A DNA stretch of 64,000 bases from Octopus vulgaris (taxonomy: Eukaryota), in contig OX597815.1 of the NCBI GenBank assembly GCA_951406725.2, forward strand, positions 84,134,001-84,198,000. The letters are read 5' to 3'. Below are positions 13,333 through 27,000 of this stretch, one piece after another. Position 1 is the stretch's first letter. The number at the start of each line of letters is the position of its first letter. The position numbers and the translations under genes were made by a program. The notes below the pieces were generated by a model that was not told where the DNA came from, searched no databases, and saw only the letters and a list, made by a program, of their open reading frames with translations.

Positions 13333-13780
13333 CATCGCTGTGTTGTAATAAGCTTGTTTCCCAGTCACATGGTTCCGGGTTCAGTTCCACTGCGTGACGC
13401 TTTGCGTGTCTTCTACTGTTGCCTCGGGCCGACGAAAGCCCTGTGACCAGATTCGGTAGACGGAAACTGATAGAAGCCCCTCGTAACACGTTTTTTCTTC
13501 ATCTTTTATTTATTTCGTTTTATTCCTTCCCGTCGAAGAGCGTAGGCTCGAAACATAAAAGACATTTCCATTTTTTCCCGAGTGTGAAACTAATACACTT
13601 GCTTGTTGTTCCTACACATATTTTCGTTTTATTTTTCTATAAATTTGAACTATATGTGTATGTGAGCGTGTGCGTGTGTATTTATGTATGTATGTCTTTA
13701 TGTATGTGTCTTTATGTCAGTGTTTGACTCTCACCGCTTGACAACCAGTGTTGGTGTGTTTACGTCCCCGTGCAAAATAA
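13333..13780 (+). mobile_element. Family B SINE interrupted by a short insert (~13485-13652)
   Basis: Head GGTTCCGGGTTCAGTTCCACTGCGTG...GGTAGACGGAAACTGA, insert, then (TG)n and an ACCGCTTGACAACCAGTGTTGG tail. Confidence 0.75.
13524..13562 (+). ncRNA. Hammerhead-like motif with variant core in a pLTR-like insert
   Basis: CCGTCGA-A-GAGC-GTAG-GCTC-GAAAC-AT-A-AAAGA with perfect stem II. A related copy at ~51720-51745 has CTGTCGA. Confidence 0.4.
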
Positions 13781-13835
13781 AACCAGTTGTACTGTCAGTG
13801 TTTAACGTGACAGTTATGGATTTTCATCCATTAGG

Positions 13836-13890
13836 CCACACTGATGAGGCTCAGGGTCTAAATACCCAAAAGACGAAACCTGGTTTGTGG
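13836..13890 (+). ncRNA. Minimal type I hammerhead ribozyme
   Basis: CCACA-CTGATGA-[GGCTC..GGGT/ACCC..AGAC]-GAAAC-CTG-GT-T-TGTGG: 5-bp perfect stem I and canonical core, next to Penelope-like fragments. Confidence 0.75.
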
Positions 13891-13899
13891 ATATCCCTA

Positions 13900-14400
13900 A
13901 CTGCATAATATTTTCATTTCGTGCTGTTATATGTTTTCCTCGCATACGGTGTTTCTCTGTTATGCGAAGAGATGATTTCTGAAAAGATTTTGGGGAAAAT
14001 TCTTAACTGTAGCTTCAGGAAACTGGTAAGGGAGGTTGCAGTTGATCTGCTTACCATATGGAATTATCAACCAAAGAGTTTTGCTAGGACATACCTTGTT
14101 ATTAGGGTAATTATTTTAAAAAATCCTAGATGTACCTTTAGAACAAAGAAAGGGTTTAAAGAACGGTTATCTCCCTTACGCTGCAGAATTACATTGCTCG
14201 ACTTAGTGTTGTTATTCGAACTAAAATTTGTATTGTTATTATCGTTATAACCTGATTTCATGTATTGAGTAACAGAGGTAGAATTAATGTCAATAGGGTT
14301 AATATAGGTAATTTTTTTTATAGCATGCTTCAAGTAAGACAGAGTTATAAAATTCCCGCTTTATTGTTGAAGATATTAACATTGGCAGATAATCTAGAAC
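13900..14400 (-). mobile_element. Penelope-like element fragment (RT C-terminus/linker)
   Basis: Minus strand RLSANVNIFNNKA..YNSVL.EACY and RKGDNRSLNPFF resemble PLE RLS..IF..Y..AL..SGY and R.R..IWFNPPF motifs. Confidence 0.55.
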
Positions 14401-14499
14401 GTCAAAGTGAAATGAGGTATTTTAGTATTGTTAGTTGACTGTTGGCATTCAAAGGGCTTTTTTGGCCGAATCACAAAAATTAGCAGGGGAATGGTATTA

Positions 14500-14567
<68 letters not shown>

Positions 14568-15035
14568 ACGATGGGGAATGTTTTTTATCAAGTGGGTGAA
14601 AGAAAATATATATGCATTAAGAAAGTAAGAAAGAGAAGGGAAGAAATATGGCGGCTACTGTAAGTTTTTCCAGTAGCGGAATGTATATAGTGTGTGGTCA
14701 GTGTGTTTACAATATGAAGTGGTGGAAGTGCGTGTTGTGGTATGTACTTGTAAGTTTACGGATGGTGGAGTAGGAGGGGGAGGCAGTTGAAATATAGAAA
14801 AGGATAACATTTGATAGAAGGTAAGGAAAATATGGAGAGAAGTATGTAATTCACTATGAAGAAATTAAAGAAGGGTTATATTTTTGGTTTAATATATGGT
14901 GGTAGAGAGGGCGAATAACAAGGAGAATTTTTGAAGGTTAGGAAGAAAAGAGCGGGGTGGAGTTGTAATTATTTGTATTTTGACAATAGGTTTAGTGACT
15001 GAGGTTTGCAGGTGAATATTATACTGCTGCGTTCA

Positions 15036-15490
15036 TTATGAAAATCCGTGAATAGCCAAGACCTCAGCTATGTATAGATCACACTTTTTATTAAAGCTGC
15101 TATAAAGCTTGGCGTGGATGACTATGGACCACATGAGCTGGTAAGGAGTTGAATCAAGCATTAGTTTACTGATAATTTGAGATGACGATATACTGTGAGA
15201 TTTTGTTTGGGACTTAAAGCTAGAGTAGTGGTTGTTCAATCTTGCTTTCAAGGCGGTGCTACATGAGCCGATATAAATGTTGTTACAGTTGGCAGGTGAT
15301 AGTGTGAACTTATAAACTATGTTTTTGTGAGACAATTGTTATGTAATGGATAGAAAGTTGGGCTTCTACAGCTGCATAGGAAGTGTTCTGAATTGAGTTG
15401 TGAGTGGATTTTATAGATTGGGGATAAAATATTTATCTAAGGGGCTAAATTTAGGGAAATGATTTTCGATTAATTTAATCAAGATATCAT
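15036..15490 (-). mobile_element. Penelope-like GIY-YIG endonuclease fragment
   Basis: HFPKFSPLDKYF, CSCRSP..PL.NNCL, then NIVYKFT..NIYIGSCSTALKARLNNH...WSIV...CDLYIAE (ORF 15036-15335). Confidence 0.85.
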
Positions 15491-15550
15491 TGGCCTGAAG
15501 AGTAACCGGTGGTATACACCTCATATATACATACATATATACATACACAC

Positions 15551-15591
<41 letters not shown>

Positions 15592-15697
15592 AATATATAT
15601 ATATAAATATATATATATTTATTATATCTTAAGAAAATTTCCTACAAATATTCTGGCAATATAAAGGGATGTGTGCAAAAAACGTTTAAGTATATAT

Positions 15698-15792
<95 letters not shown>

Positions 15793-15859
15793 TATATGTA
15801 TGTATGCGTGTGTGTAATGTATATGTATATATGTATGTATGTGTATATATATATATTTA

Positions 15860-15904
<45 letters not shown>

Positions 15905-16481
15905 CATTTTTAAATCTTTAAATTTGAAATTTGAGTTTACTTTATAAAGAATCTTTTATATTTATTTACTTAGATTGGAAACAGATGTTTAGTTTTCTTT
16001 TATTATTTCTTGCGCATAATTTGACTTGTTATAGCTTACGTCCGCTTCCAGACTTTCACTGATGAAAGTGCCATGTATTTATGTGGTTTCCCAGAATTGC
16101 TCAGAAACGTGTCTGTGTGCGTGTGTGTGTGAATGTGTGTGTGTGTGTGGATGTGTGTGTGTCTGTGTCTGTGTCTGTGTCTGTGACATGCACATATATT
16201 GTAATGTTTCGTAGTTTATATACAATTCACAAAAACACGCACACACACTTAACACACACACGCACGCACACACTTATACGTAGATTTGTATATATGTATG
16301 TATGTATTTATGTATGTATAGCCAAACTTCTCTTCCGAAGTTTTAAAAAGATTTAGTGTAGGTAGACAATATTCTTTACCCACTCAGTTTGATTACTATA
16401 AATACCTTTATAAACAGAATGGTTTATTTTGTTTTCTTGACATATATATGCATATACACATATAAATTTATATATATATGA

Positions 16482-16529
<48 letters not shown>

Positions 16530-16533
16530 ACAC

Positions 16534-16596
<63 letters not shown>

Positions 16597-16607
16597 CATA
16601 CATAAAA

Positions 16608-16639
<32 letters not shown>

Positions 16640-16850
16640 AATAATATAAAAATAACAGGAACCAAGAGGTGGAACGAAACGACGAATCGGAACGAACCTG
16701 GCGCGGGGCGCTGTCAGACAATAATGTGATAAATAAAAATATATGCATACATACAAACATATATGTACGTACCTACATCTACATGTATATATACATGCAT
16801 ATATAAATAATTATACGTGTATATATATATATATATATACACGTGTGTTT

Positions 16851-19001
16851 TGTGTGGTAGTAGAGCACCCCTATTGGTTGGCTACTAATGGAATGCGCTA
16901 CAATATGAATGGACATACGTAGAGAGCCTTCAGAGCAGTGCCAAGCCGAGGGTTGCGTATTGTCGAGGGGCATTACCAGTATCTTGAGTAGAACGATTTG
17001 TGAGGACATCATTATTATTATTTTCCCGTTATATCGTACGTCGAACGTGCGATACAGCAGTGCCGACGAGGTTTCGAATAGACATAAAATGGGACTGGAC
17101 AAACGAATGTGAGAAACATTCTAGGAATTAAAATAGAGGTTTACATTAGCGGTATCATTAACTCATTTCGACCCGAACCTGAAAATATCTGTGGCATCGG
17201 ATTGCCAGTGAATTTGGTATCAGGGCGGTGATATTGCATAAAATTAATGATGGTAAAATCAAAGCTATTGCACATGCATCAAGAGTTCTCTTATCAGCAG
17301 AAAAAAAATTACAGCCAGATCGAAAAGGAGGCTTTATCATTAATCTTCGCAGTAAAGAAATTTCATGAATTCCTACACGGTAGGAAGTTTACAAAGCAAA
17401 CTGATCATCGACCGTTAATGTCTATTTTCGGTTCGAAAAAGGGTATGGCCACTGACTCAGCAAACTGCTTACACGGCTGGGGGATTACCCTGTTGAGCTA
17501 TGATTTTCAGTTGGAGATTTTGCCATTAAAGAAAATGGGACACGCAGGCGGTTTGTCTAGGCTAATTCCAAAATATAAGGAACCTTTTGAAGACACGGTG
17601 ATTGTATCGTTAAAACTAGAAATGGAACTGAAGAGCATTTTCTGCAATGTAGTACGTGATTTGCTGGTAACGCTAGAAGAAATCGAAATCGGAAAAAATA
17701 TATGTTCATAAACAAGATTTTAAAAAGCACTGTTAGAAGGTAATACAAAAAATAATATAAATGAGCGGAACGCAGGTCGAAAGCATAATTCAGTATGCGA
17801 TGATGTATTATTATATGCACAAAGGGTGGTAATACGTAAAGCACTGCAAATCAGAATATTGAAAGAATTCCATGCAGGATATCCGGGGATTACCCGGATG
17901 AAAAGTCTCATGAGGAGTTACATGTAATGGCCGAATATGGACAAGCAAATTGAGAGATTGGTAAAACAATGTAGGGGATGCGCTATGGCAGCAAATGCGC
18001 CCCCCACCTCCCCAGCGCAGATACAGCCGTGGCCAAAAACGGATTCAGCATTGTCTAGACTGCATGTGGTGGATAGCTATTAGAAATGGCCTGAAGTAGG
18101 TAAATGCTCAAGGTCAACCACAAATGTGACTATTGACTTCTTGGAAGAATTGCTCGCCCATTATGGAGTACCAGATATGATCGTGTCGGATAACGGCACA
18201 CAATTCACGGTGAAGGAGTTCGAAAGATTCCATAAGTTTGTCCAGATGAAGCTTGTTTTAACTCCGCCATACCATCATAGGTCTAATGGTTTAACGGAAA
18301 GATTCGTCGACATATTTAAGAGAGTCTTAAGAAAGACCAGACGCGAAGCCTTTGAAGATAGAAATATGACAAAGTTCTTACTGGTTTACAGACTAATACC
18401 GAATCCAAATGCAGAGTCGGGTAGGTCACCCGCAGATTTGATGTTTTCCAGAAAGATTCGTTCTGTGTTTGACAAATTGTTGCCGAGCAGGAAACGGAGA
18501 ATAGAAAATTCGGGAAGTAGAACGAAATGTTTTAACACAGGTGGTGAAGTGTATTTTAAAATATATAAAAACGGAAAACAGGACTGGGAACAAGATAAAC
18601 TAACTGTGACGTACACGATAAAAGGACCAAGATATGAATATAGAAGGCATTTCAACCAATTAAAGGAAAGATACACCAAAAATCAAGAAAGGCGAGACGA
18701 GCCAATGGATATATGGTATGACATATTCGAGGTCCCAGGAACACAACTGATAGCAGAACCGACACGTAGGTCGAACAGGAAAAGAAAACCTACTGAAATT
18801 ATAGAAATTAACGCCAAGAGAAAGAGATATGCCAGTTTCTCACCAAGACAATATAAATCGACATATGCAGAGATACTTCAGAGTAATGTACAGCCAAAAG
18901 TTGCATATTGTCAAGGGTTTTTACCAGTATCTTTAGCAGAAAGATTTGCGAGGACATCATTATTATCCCATTATATCGTGCGTCGAACGTGCGATACCAC
19001 A
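16851..19001 (+). mobile_element. Internally deleted Ty3/Gypsy LTR retrotransposon (RNase H + integrase)
   Basis: 5' LTR ~16851-17059 (TG..CA), PBS-like TGCCGACGAGG at 17061, RNase H NYSQIEKEAL..TDHRPL, integrase H-H-C-C zinc finger and SDNGTQF..SNGLTERFV; partial 3' LTR ~18848-19001. Confidence 0.92.
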
Positions 19002-19339
19002 ATGTATATGTATATATATAATAGAGGATAAAATTTTTTAAAAAATATATCAGTGGCCAGCATCTAAAAACAAGACCGATCAAAGTGGAATTAGTTATAT
19101 GATTATAATGTTAAAAAAAAATATTATTTGCTGCAAAGTAGACGCTAAATAGTCTCACCACTTAAAAAAGGCACAAACACATGCGTGCGTAACATGTATA
19201 TATATTGTAATCTTTCGCATGTGACTTATTTAGTGGTGAGACGATATAGCGTCTATTTCTCAGCATATAGGCTATAAAAATTTTTGTAACCCCTTATTAT
19301 AATTATGTATATGGGTACATATATATATATATATATATG

Positions 19340-19425
<86 letters not shown>

Positions 19426-19856
19426 AACCCTCACTCACATCACACACACATATATATATATGTGTGTAGATATAGATATATAGATATATATACATGCATA
19501 TACATAAGTAAGATGTGTTCTTGTCTGTCTTCTGTCCAATCTTGATTTACACAACCTCGTTTAGGCTTAGCAGCCCTTCCTATTTTTTTTTTCACTATCC
19601 TGTTTGTGTTACCAATTTTGATTTTCCGCAAAATCCGAAAATTTGATTAATTTGCTTTGTGGGAACAACTGTTTTTACCGAAAGCGTATATTGTTGTTTT
19701 TTATGTTGTCTGTCTTGTTTTCCATTTGTGTCTTTCGTTGATCGAAAAAATAGTTCATATTCCATGTACTCGTATTTTTCGTTGTACACATTTCGTAACG
19801 TCCTGTGCCCACAAATACATACCTACATACAAGATAAATGATAAATAGATAGATAT

Positions 19857-19978
<122 letters not shown>

Positions 19979-20555
19979 GTGTTTGTGGGGTGTATAGAAA
20001 TAGACATAATATACACCTATATTTATATGTGCATGAGTGATATGTAATTATTTTTGCCAGTACGTGCATGCTAAAAAATGTTGGTTACTTGTGCAAATGT
20101 CCCCTGCATATGTGTCTTTGTGACGATGGATCACCATGTGACAAATATGTACTGACTTGCTATTTTATTTTCTGAGGAAATGTTCGACTGTAATTAGATT
20201 TAATCGATAACATTATGAGCCCTAACGATTCATTTACATGTATGATCGTACGACGCTTTCATACATACATCAATCCACGCACACATCTCTCTCTTTCTCT
20301 CTCTCTCTCTCTCTTTATACATATATATATTATATAAATATATATGTATATATATATATACACATATATATATATATATGTATGTATATATATATATATG
20401 ATTGTGTGTATGTATATCGCTAAATTCGTTGACAAGTGCACCTATAAAAACTACACACGCACACACTGACACGCATACGCACACACACATATATGCATAT
20501 GTATGTATGTGTATACCTAAATTCGTTGACGAGTACACCAATAAAAAGTACTCGC

Positions 20556-20633
<78 letters not shown>

Positions 20634-22547
20634 ATATATATGCATGTATGTATGTATAGATGTATGTATAACTTTCCTTTCCTCCACACATGATACAATA
20701 GCTCCCAGTAATAACCCAATTCCAAAATGTTTTTGAAAAACAACCCTGCACAACTAAGATGAAAAAAGTGATATGTATGTATTATGTGTGGAACGTGTGT
20801 AGTGTGTATGCAAAGAGAAAGAGACTCCATAAACCACACACCTGAGGATTTCTAAACTTCAATACGGTGTTGCCTTGCGGTGTTGAAGAAAAAATAATTT
20901 ACACAGAAAATAAATATAAAGAAAACAATTTTGTATAAATAAATAAAATATATTAGCGATTGGCCTGTATTCAATCTCCAGCTGTTGAATTGAAATCATT
21001 TTTTGCGGATTATTTTACTTTGTTGATTCTACGTACACGTTTTTGTTTCTTTTACACACACACACACACACATACACACACACACACATACTTGCACACG
21101 CACACATATATATATACTCACACATATGTATATTTAAATTTCTCTTGTCATCTTCTTGAGTCTATTTCCAATCGCTTTCTTTTCTGTTTTCTTTTTCTTT
21201 TCCTGTGTGTGTTTCATTTGAATTCTCATACCTGCCTCATAAAAATAAAGAGAAAAAATGTTATCAATCTAATAAAACTGTGAATAAATTCTTGAAAGTC
21301 GTAAAGAAAAAAAACAAAGTATGTGTGATTTCCTTTTTATACAGAAACGTCACAGTTAACTGTTAAAGATTGCTGCAATGACAGTGATTTCTAAAATGGT
21401 TTTTTCTTTTCATTTTATTTTATTATGCTTTATTTTTTTCTTTATTTTTTCTCTTTTGTTTTTGATTTTTTTTCGTCAAAATTTTCTGAACAACTGTCTG
21501 ATAGATTTGATTGCACACATTTCCACGTTTATTTTTGCAATAGGTGTAATTTGAATAGCGTCTTCTGTAACGTTAGAGGCGTCCTCTCGACTAAGCGTTT
21601 CAATCTCGGTTTGAAATCAAGTCATTCTAGTTTCTCCGTTGATGCACCTGAAAAGTCATGAAAGTCACACTTGCTGTTTTCTTCCTCTTGAGCGGCATTA
21701 AATGTTTGTTGGTGATAATAATGTTAGCGCTTATATTTGAATGTCTTGTACTATTATCACCACATTTTCTATAATTACTTATGTGTTGTAGTAAATATTC
21801 TACTTTGCTTCTTGATTGGCTCTCAAAATTACTTCTAACTTCCTTGACTTACATTACCGAGAGAAATACAAGAGCAGTGCAAGGAATAGATGCGTGCGAG
21901 AGCTAGCGGACAAAACCCTTTAGTCATTGATTCGCTGCAAGTTAATTCAAACGCTTTTGTTTCGGTAATTTCCAGAATGGTACATCAAGCAACACCACAC
22001 AGTCATCGATGTCGCCAGAAGAGGATCTCCTGCATTTTTTTAATGTTGTAGAGATTTAGAGATTTAAGAATTAAACCTTAGCGACGTCCTCACACGTCTT
22101 GTCACCTGCACGACCCACGTTGGAAAAGCCCAATTGACCGCTCCCTGCTTTCGTTAGTGTTCGGGTTGGGGCTGTGTCGAAGGACTAGTTACCACTGGAG
22201 GGTCTCCGTCACTAGGAAGAGAAGAGTGGTCACAAGTATAAATGCACCTTTCAAGTACACTCAAAGCAGCCAATATTCTCAACAGGAGATTACATATTCT
22301 TGAAGAACTGTTTAACATGTTATGATTGTTGGGGTATTAAAATTTGGCAGGATTGTCACCATTACAAATTGAGTGACATATTATACTGTTGTGGTTCCTT
22401 GGAAATCAACCCTAATACCAATATGTGCTACAAACCTTCAATTATTGGAATATCCGACAAAAACACACTAGTTCGTGTATGTGCTGAGACAGGAAGGATG
22501 TTTAATAAAGTATTTTTATCGGGGAAACTTCATTTCAGATTTTGAAA

Positions 22548-22610
22548 CCACCTGATGAATGTCTGCTACTCAAAAATTTGATGACAGAAGACAGGAAACG
22601 ATCGTAGTGG
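22548..22610 (+). ncRNA. Minimal type I hammerhead ribozyme with palindromic stem III
   Basis: CCAC-CTGATGA-A-TGTCT...AGACA-G-GAAAC-GATC-GT-A-GTGG; ACGATCGT is a palindrome; followed by an AT-rich pLTR-like tail. Confidence 0.8.
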
Positions 22611-22810
22611 ATATTAATTATATTTTTTAATAATTGTTACATATCTAAATAATATAAATTAATTTATGTATTGGTTTAAGTCTTTCATTGTTTGATTTGC
22701 ATAATAGTGGTTTTGTCTCTAATTTAATATAATATAATATTTCACTATAAAATTGGATTCAATCCTAAATCTGATTTTTCCCTGTAAGTTTGGATTTATT
22801 CCCTAATATT

Positions 22811-22870
<60 letters not shown>

Positions 22871-23369
22871 ATGTGCGTGTGTGTATATGTGTGTGTGAAG
22901 TCCCCATGGGAGACCATCAGAGTTAGGATGGCTCGAATTTGTAACGAACTAGTGGGCGTACTATTCCTGATACGAAGGTAACAGAGTAAACCCGGTAAAC
23001 TGGTAACCATATAAACAGACACATCAGGCCCACCTAACAGCTATAACACCAACCATGAATGACACGGTAAGGATTTCGATTTAGTTATGGTCCCTTATTG
23101 TAAGTTTTAGATTTTGAACTTTCATCAAAATATTGACATTTGCAAGGAAACATACATGCATACATAGAGTTTTTAGCGACAGAAGCAGTATTAATCCAAA
23201 AGGTGAGATTTGGCCGTATGCAGCCAACAGACGTAGTGTCCATTACAGAAACGGGGCACATCGTAATCACATGGCCAACCATTTCCGGCATCCATAGTAG
23301 ATGATTCACGTCTGCCAGCAATATAATATTATGCGTGGTTTTATGCACTATGCGTCCGTATTTGACAGC

Positions 23370-23530
23370 AGCTGGCCAGGTAGTAGACTGCACCAAACTT
23401 CTGTGTCTGTTTTGGCACGGTTTTTGTTTTTCGTTTGGATGACCTCCCTAACACCAACCACACCGCAGAGTGGAGTAAGTGTTTTTTTACGTGGCACCAG
23501 CATAGACGAAGTCAGTTTTTGCACTTTTTT
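23370..23530 (-). mobile_element. Probable RTE-type 3' UTR or SINE tail remnant
   Basis: TGGATGACCTCCCTAACACCAACC resembles the GGATGCCCTTCC..CCAACC motif common at RTE 3' ends. Confidence 0.4.
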
Positions 23531-23544
23531 ACAGTTGGAAGCTT

Positions 23545-23620
<76 letters not shown>

Positions 23621-24430
23621 CAGGGTGCGTAGGCTACTTGGGGACATACCTTTTTGGGGTCATTGCTGCATCTTTTACTACCTCTGTATAATTTTTGGTT
23701 CAGAAAATAACAATGGCAGACCTCAGCTTACTCAAGAAAGGAAGAGGCATGCTGCTATTGTGGTTATAAAGGCGGACCATAGCGATTTAGAAATATCTCG
23801 ATTTAAAAAAGTTGTCAGATCTTTCGTCTACAAAGTTTGTAAAGAGCTAGAGACTGAAGATGAAAACGTATCACCAGTAGCAAAGCATAAAAAAGTATTC
23901 TAAACACTTTCAAATCATCAGAATACCTGAATTTATCCAGAAAGTTAAAAAGATCATTGATTACAATCCCGGAAAGTCTATGAGATCAATTGCAAAAGTT
24001 CTCCATGTATTAGAAAAATCTGTCAGAAATGTTGTCCAAAATGCAACAGATATATCTTAAATGAGGAAAGATCAATTTGTCAGAAAGCGCAAAAGATAAT
24101 CACTACATCATATCTAAAAGGCTCTTAAACAAACTAAAAAATCCAGCAAAAGATTTGATTTGGTCTTTCTCAAGGGAGAAAAACTTGGAGCAAAGAATGG
24201 ATGAATGGATGGCGGAGCATTTTCATGATCACACAACCCCTTACATTTGGCCTCCTAATTCCCCAAATCTCAATGCATTGGACTGTTACGTGTGGAGCGT
24301 GGTTGAGAGAGAGATCAATAAACACGCCTGTAACACCAAAGATTCTTTGAAAGTTGCTATAGTCAGAGTAATCATTTAAACTAGGCAAGGTTTTGAAATG
24401 ATGGACTGAAAATGATTATCCAATAAGAAC
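23621..24430 (+). mobile_element. maT/DD37D-like transposon, internally deleted
   Basis: TA|CAGGGTGCGTA start after (TA)n; WPPNSPNLNALDCYVW motif; alignable to 8138-9275. Confidence 0.8.
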
Positions 24431-24443
24431 TTCTTAGACAGAC

Positions 24444-24539
<96 letters not shown>

Positions 24540-25179
24540 TAGCAGACAGACAGATATTGACAGATAGAAAAACAGACAGACATATAGGTACATACATACA
24601 TTCATACTTACATAAATACATACATACATACATACATACATACATACATACATACATACATACTTATAGAGGTAAACAAGAAAAGATCTAGGAGATGGAA
24701 GTACGTTGCGATTCGACGTAGATGATTACACTCCTGGATGAGCCAGGATAAAATTCGAGAAGTAATTAGTAATGATTTCACCAAACTGAGTAAATAAAAT
24801 CCATGGGGGGTCATTGATGTAATTCTCGCAAGTCTATTCATAACATTTGACGCTTACACAAGTGCTCACTTGTATGCGACAAAAGCCAGAAAGTTATCTC
24901 AACAGTCTTCTTAAAATATAAGCCAATGCAGCTTGCCGTCCATAAACTTCCACATCACTTCAAACACAGCACGTTCTTGTTTCTTTTATTTTAAATTATT
25001 TTATGCATCACCAGTTTTCTTCAAAACCATTTGAGAATCATTAAAGCTATTTTAGGCTCTTCAGATACACAATATTTAGATTCAGGATGTCATGCATACA
25101 TTGTTCTATACATGTATAGGCATTACCATCCAAATATATATGTTTATGCTTTCGTTGTGTGTATGGCTGTGCTAGTTGT

Positions 25180-25241
<62 letters not shown>

Positions 25242-25647
25242 ATAGGTCTGTATGTGTATCTGTGTGTATCGTGAGGTGATTATAAGAACTGACTTAAATT
25301 TTTGTAAATCAAACCACATCATACCTACCGCAAACAGTTTCTAGCCCAACACTATATTGTTCTTCGAACGGCGTAAAAGAGATAACTTTGGAAACTAGCG
25401 GCAAGTGAATTCAAGATGAAATAGAAGAAATATCAAAACAGTAATAGCATACAATTTAAGGAATTGGAGCATGATAAAACGAAATATAAACAAAAGGGTT
25501 TTTATTATTATCGCAATCTGAAAGTCTCCCGCAAACACTTCTCCACAAACTCAGGCAGACAAACACACAGGCGCACATACAACTACACAAATACACACTC
25601 GTTTTGTGTGTGTATAAATGCACCTATACACATTCAGATGTATACAA

Positions 25648-25689
<42 letters not shown>

Positions 25690-25839
25690 GTGTATGTATA
25701 TATATATGTATATGTATATTTAATGTTATATGAGGGTTACAGAATTTCTTGCTGAACAACCACACGTATACTTTATTTATAGTGTTCAAATGCTTCTGTT
25801 TGCATAAAGTCACTCTTTCTATCAAATCCACGTTGCCTA

Positions 25840-26000
25840 CTCAGGTGCACAAGTGTGCCAAGTTTCAGATCTCGAAATGATTGCAGAGCAAAGTGAAATA
25901 AAGTGATTTATTCTATGATAGAACACACCGTCCGGTCTAGGAATTGAAACCACGATCAAGCGATCGGGAGTTCAACACACCATCCACTAAGCTATGCACA
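25840..26000 (-). mobile_element. tRNA-derived SINE remnant
   Basis: Minus strand TAGCTTAGTGG A box and GTTTCAATTCC B box. Confidence 0.55.
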
Positions 26001-27000
26001 CATTTATTTATTCACATTGATACGTGATGTACCTGCGAATCTTCTTGGTTATAAAGTATTTGTCGAGCACTTTTGGTAATAATATGTCACAACTTAGATG
26101 TAATATGTTGCGACACGTTCGACAGAATGGGGTTTAAGGCGATTCTCAGTACTCCGGTGGCACATTTTTATATACATTTCAGATTTCTTGGAATAATTTT
26201 ATTCTTTGTAAGAAACACCTAGGCTCTAACACAGACGGGACAGTACAAGGACAAACACAACACCACAATGGGGACAAAAACATAAAACGGATGTCATGAA
26301 ATGTATGAAATGTATAACATTAATGATAATGAAATGGCTGCATTGAGCTCCACTCTCAAGTAGTACCATTGAAATGTTTTTGAATGTTTTTACATACAGT
26401 TTTTGATCGTTTTTCCCCCAATTTTTCTTTCTATTAGCATCATATTTATATTCTATTATTTTAGCATAAAGTTACATTAAAATAAGGGATCAGCTGGTCA
26501 ACAACTATTTTCTTTATTTCAGTTTGGCTTGTTTCAAGTTCGCGTTTCACATGAAACATAATTTATGCAGCGGCCGTCTGTGCATACTAGGCAGCTACTT
26601 CTACTTTCTCTTTGAAAAAATCACGTCTCAGAATTTAGTCACATTTTCAATTTGTTGAAATATAGCCATGTTCTGCGAAAAACACATATTTGTAAATTGT
26701 AGTTTTTGTAACTTTTTCACCGACCACGGCTTTTATCATATATATATTCAAATATCACACCTGAAATCTACGTTAATGTGAAATATGTGTAAGAGAAGAA
26801 AGTTTTACGTTCGACACATATATATCTAAGTCCTATATATTCATTGTATATGTCATAGAAACCAGTCGCGCGTTCTGTTTTACCACAGCAAAGGTATTTC
26901 TACATGTGAATCGTGACGAATTTTTTACATATAATACACACGTACTAATGGTTTTTAATTAACGTGTGTGTGTGTCTGTGTATGGATGCATATGTATATA

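Noticed and set aside
18126-19031. 301-aa ORF as a domesticated gene
   Set aside because: Integrase remnant that reads through into the LTR, with upstream stops in the same pol.
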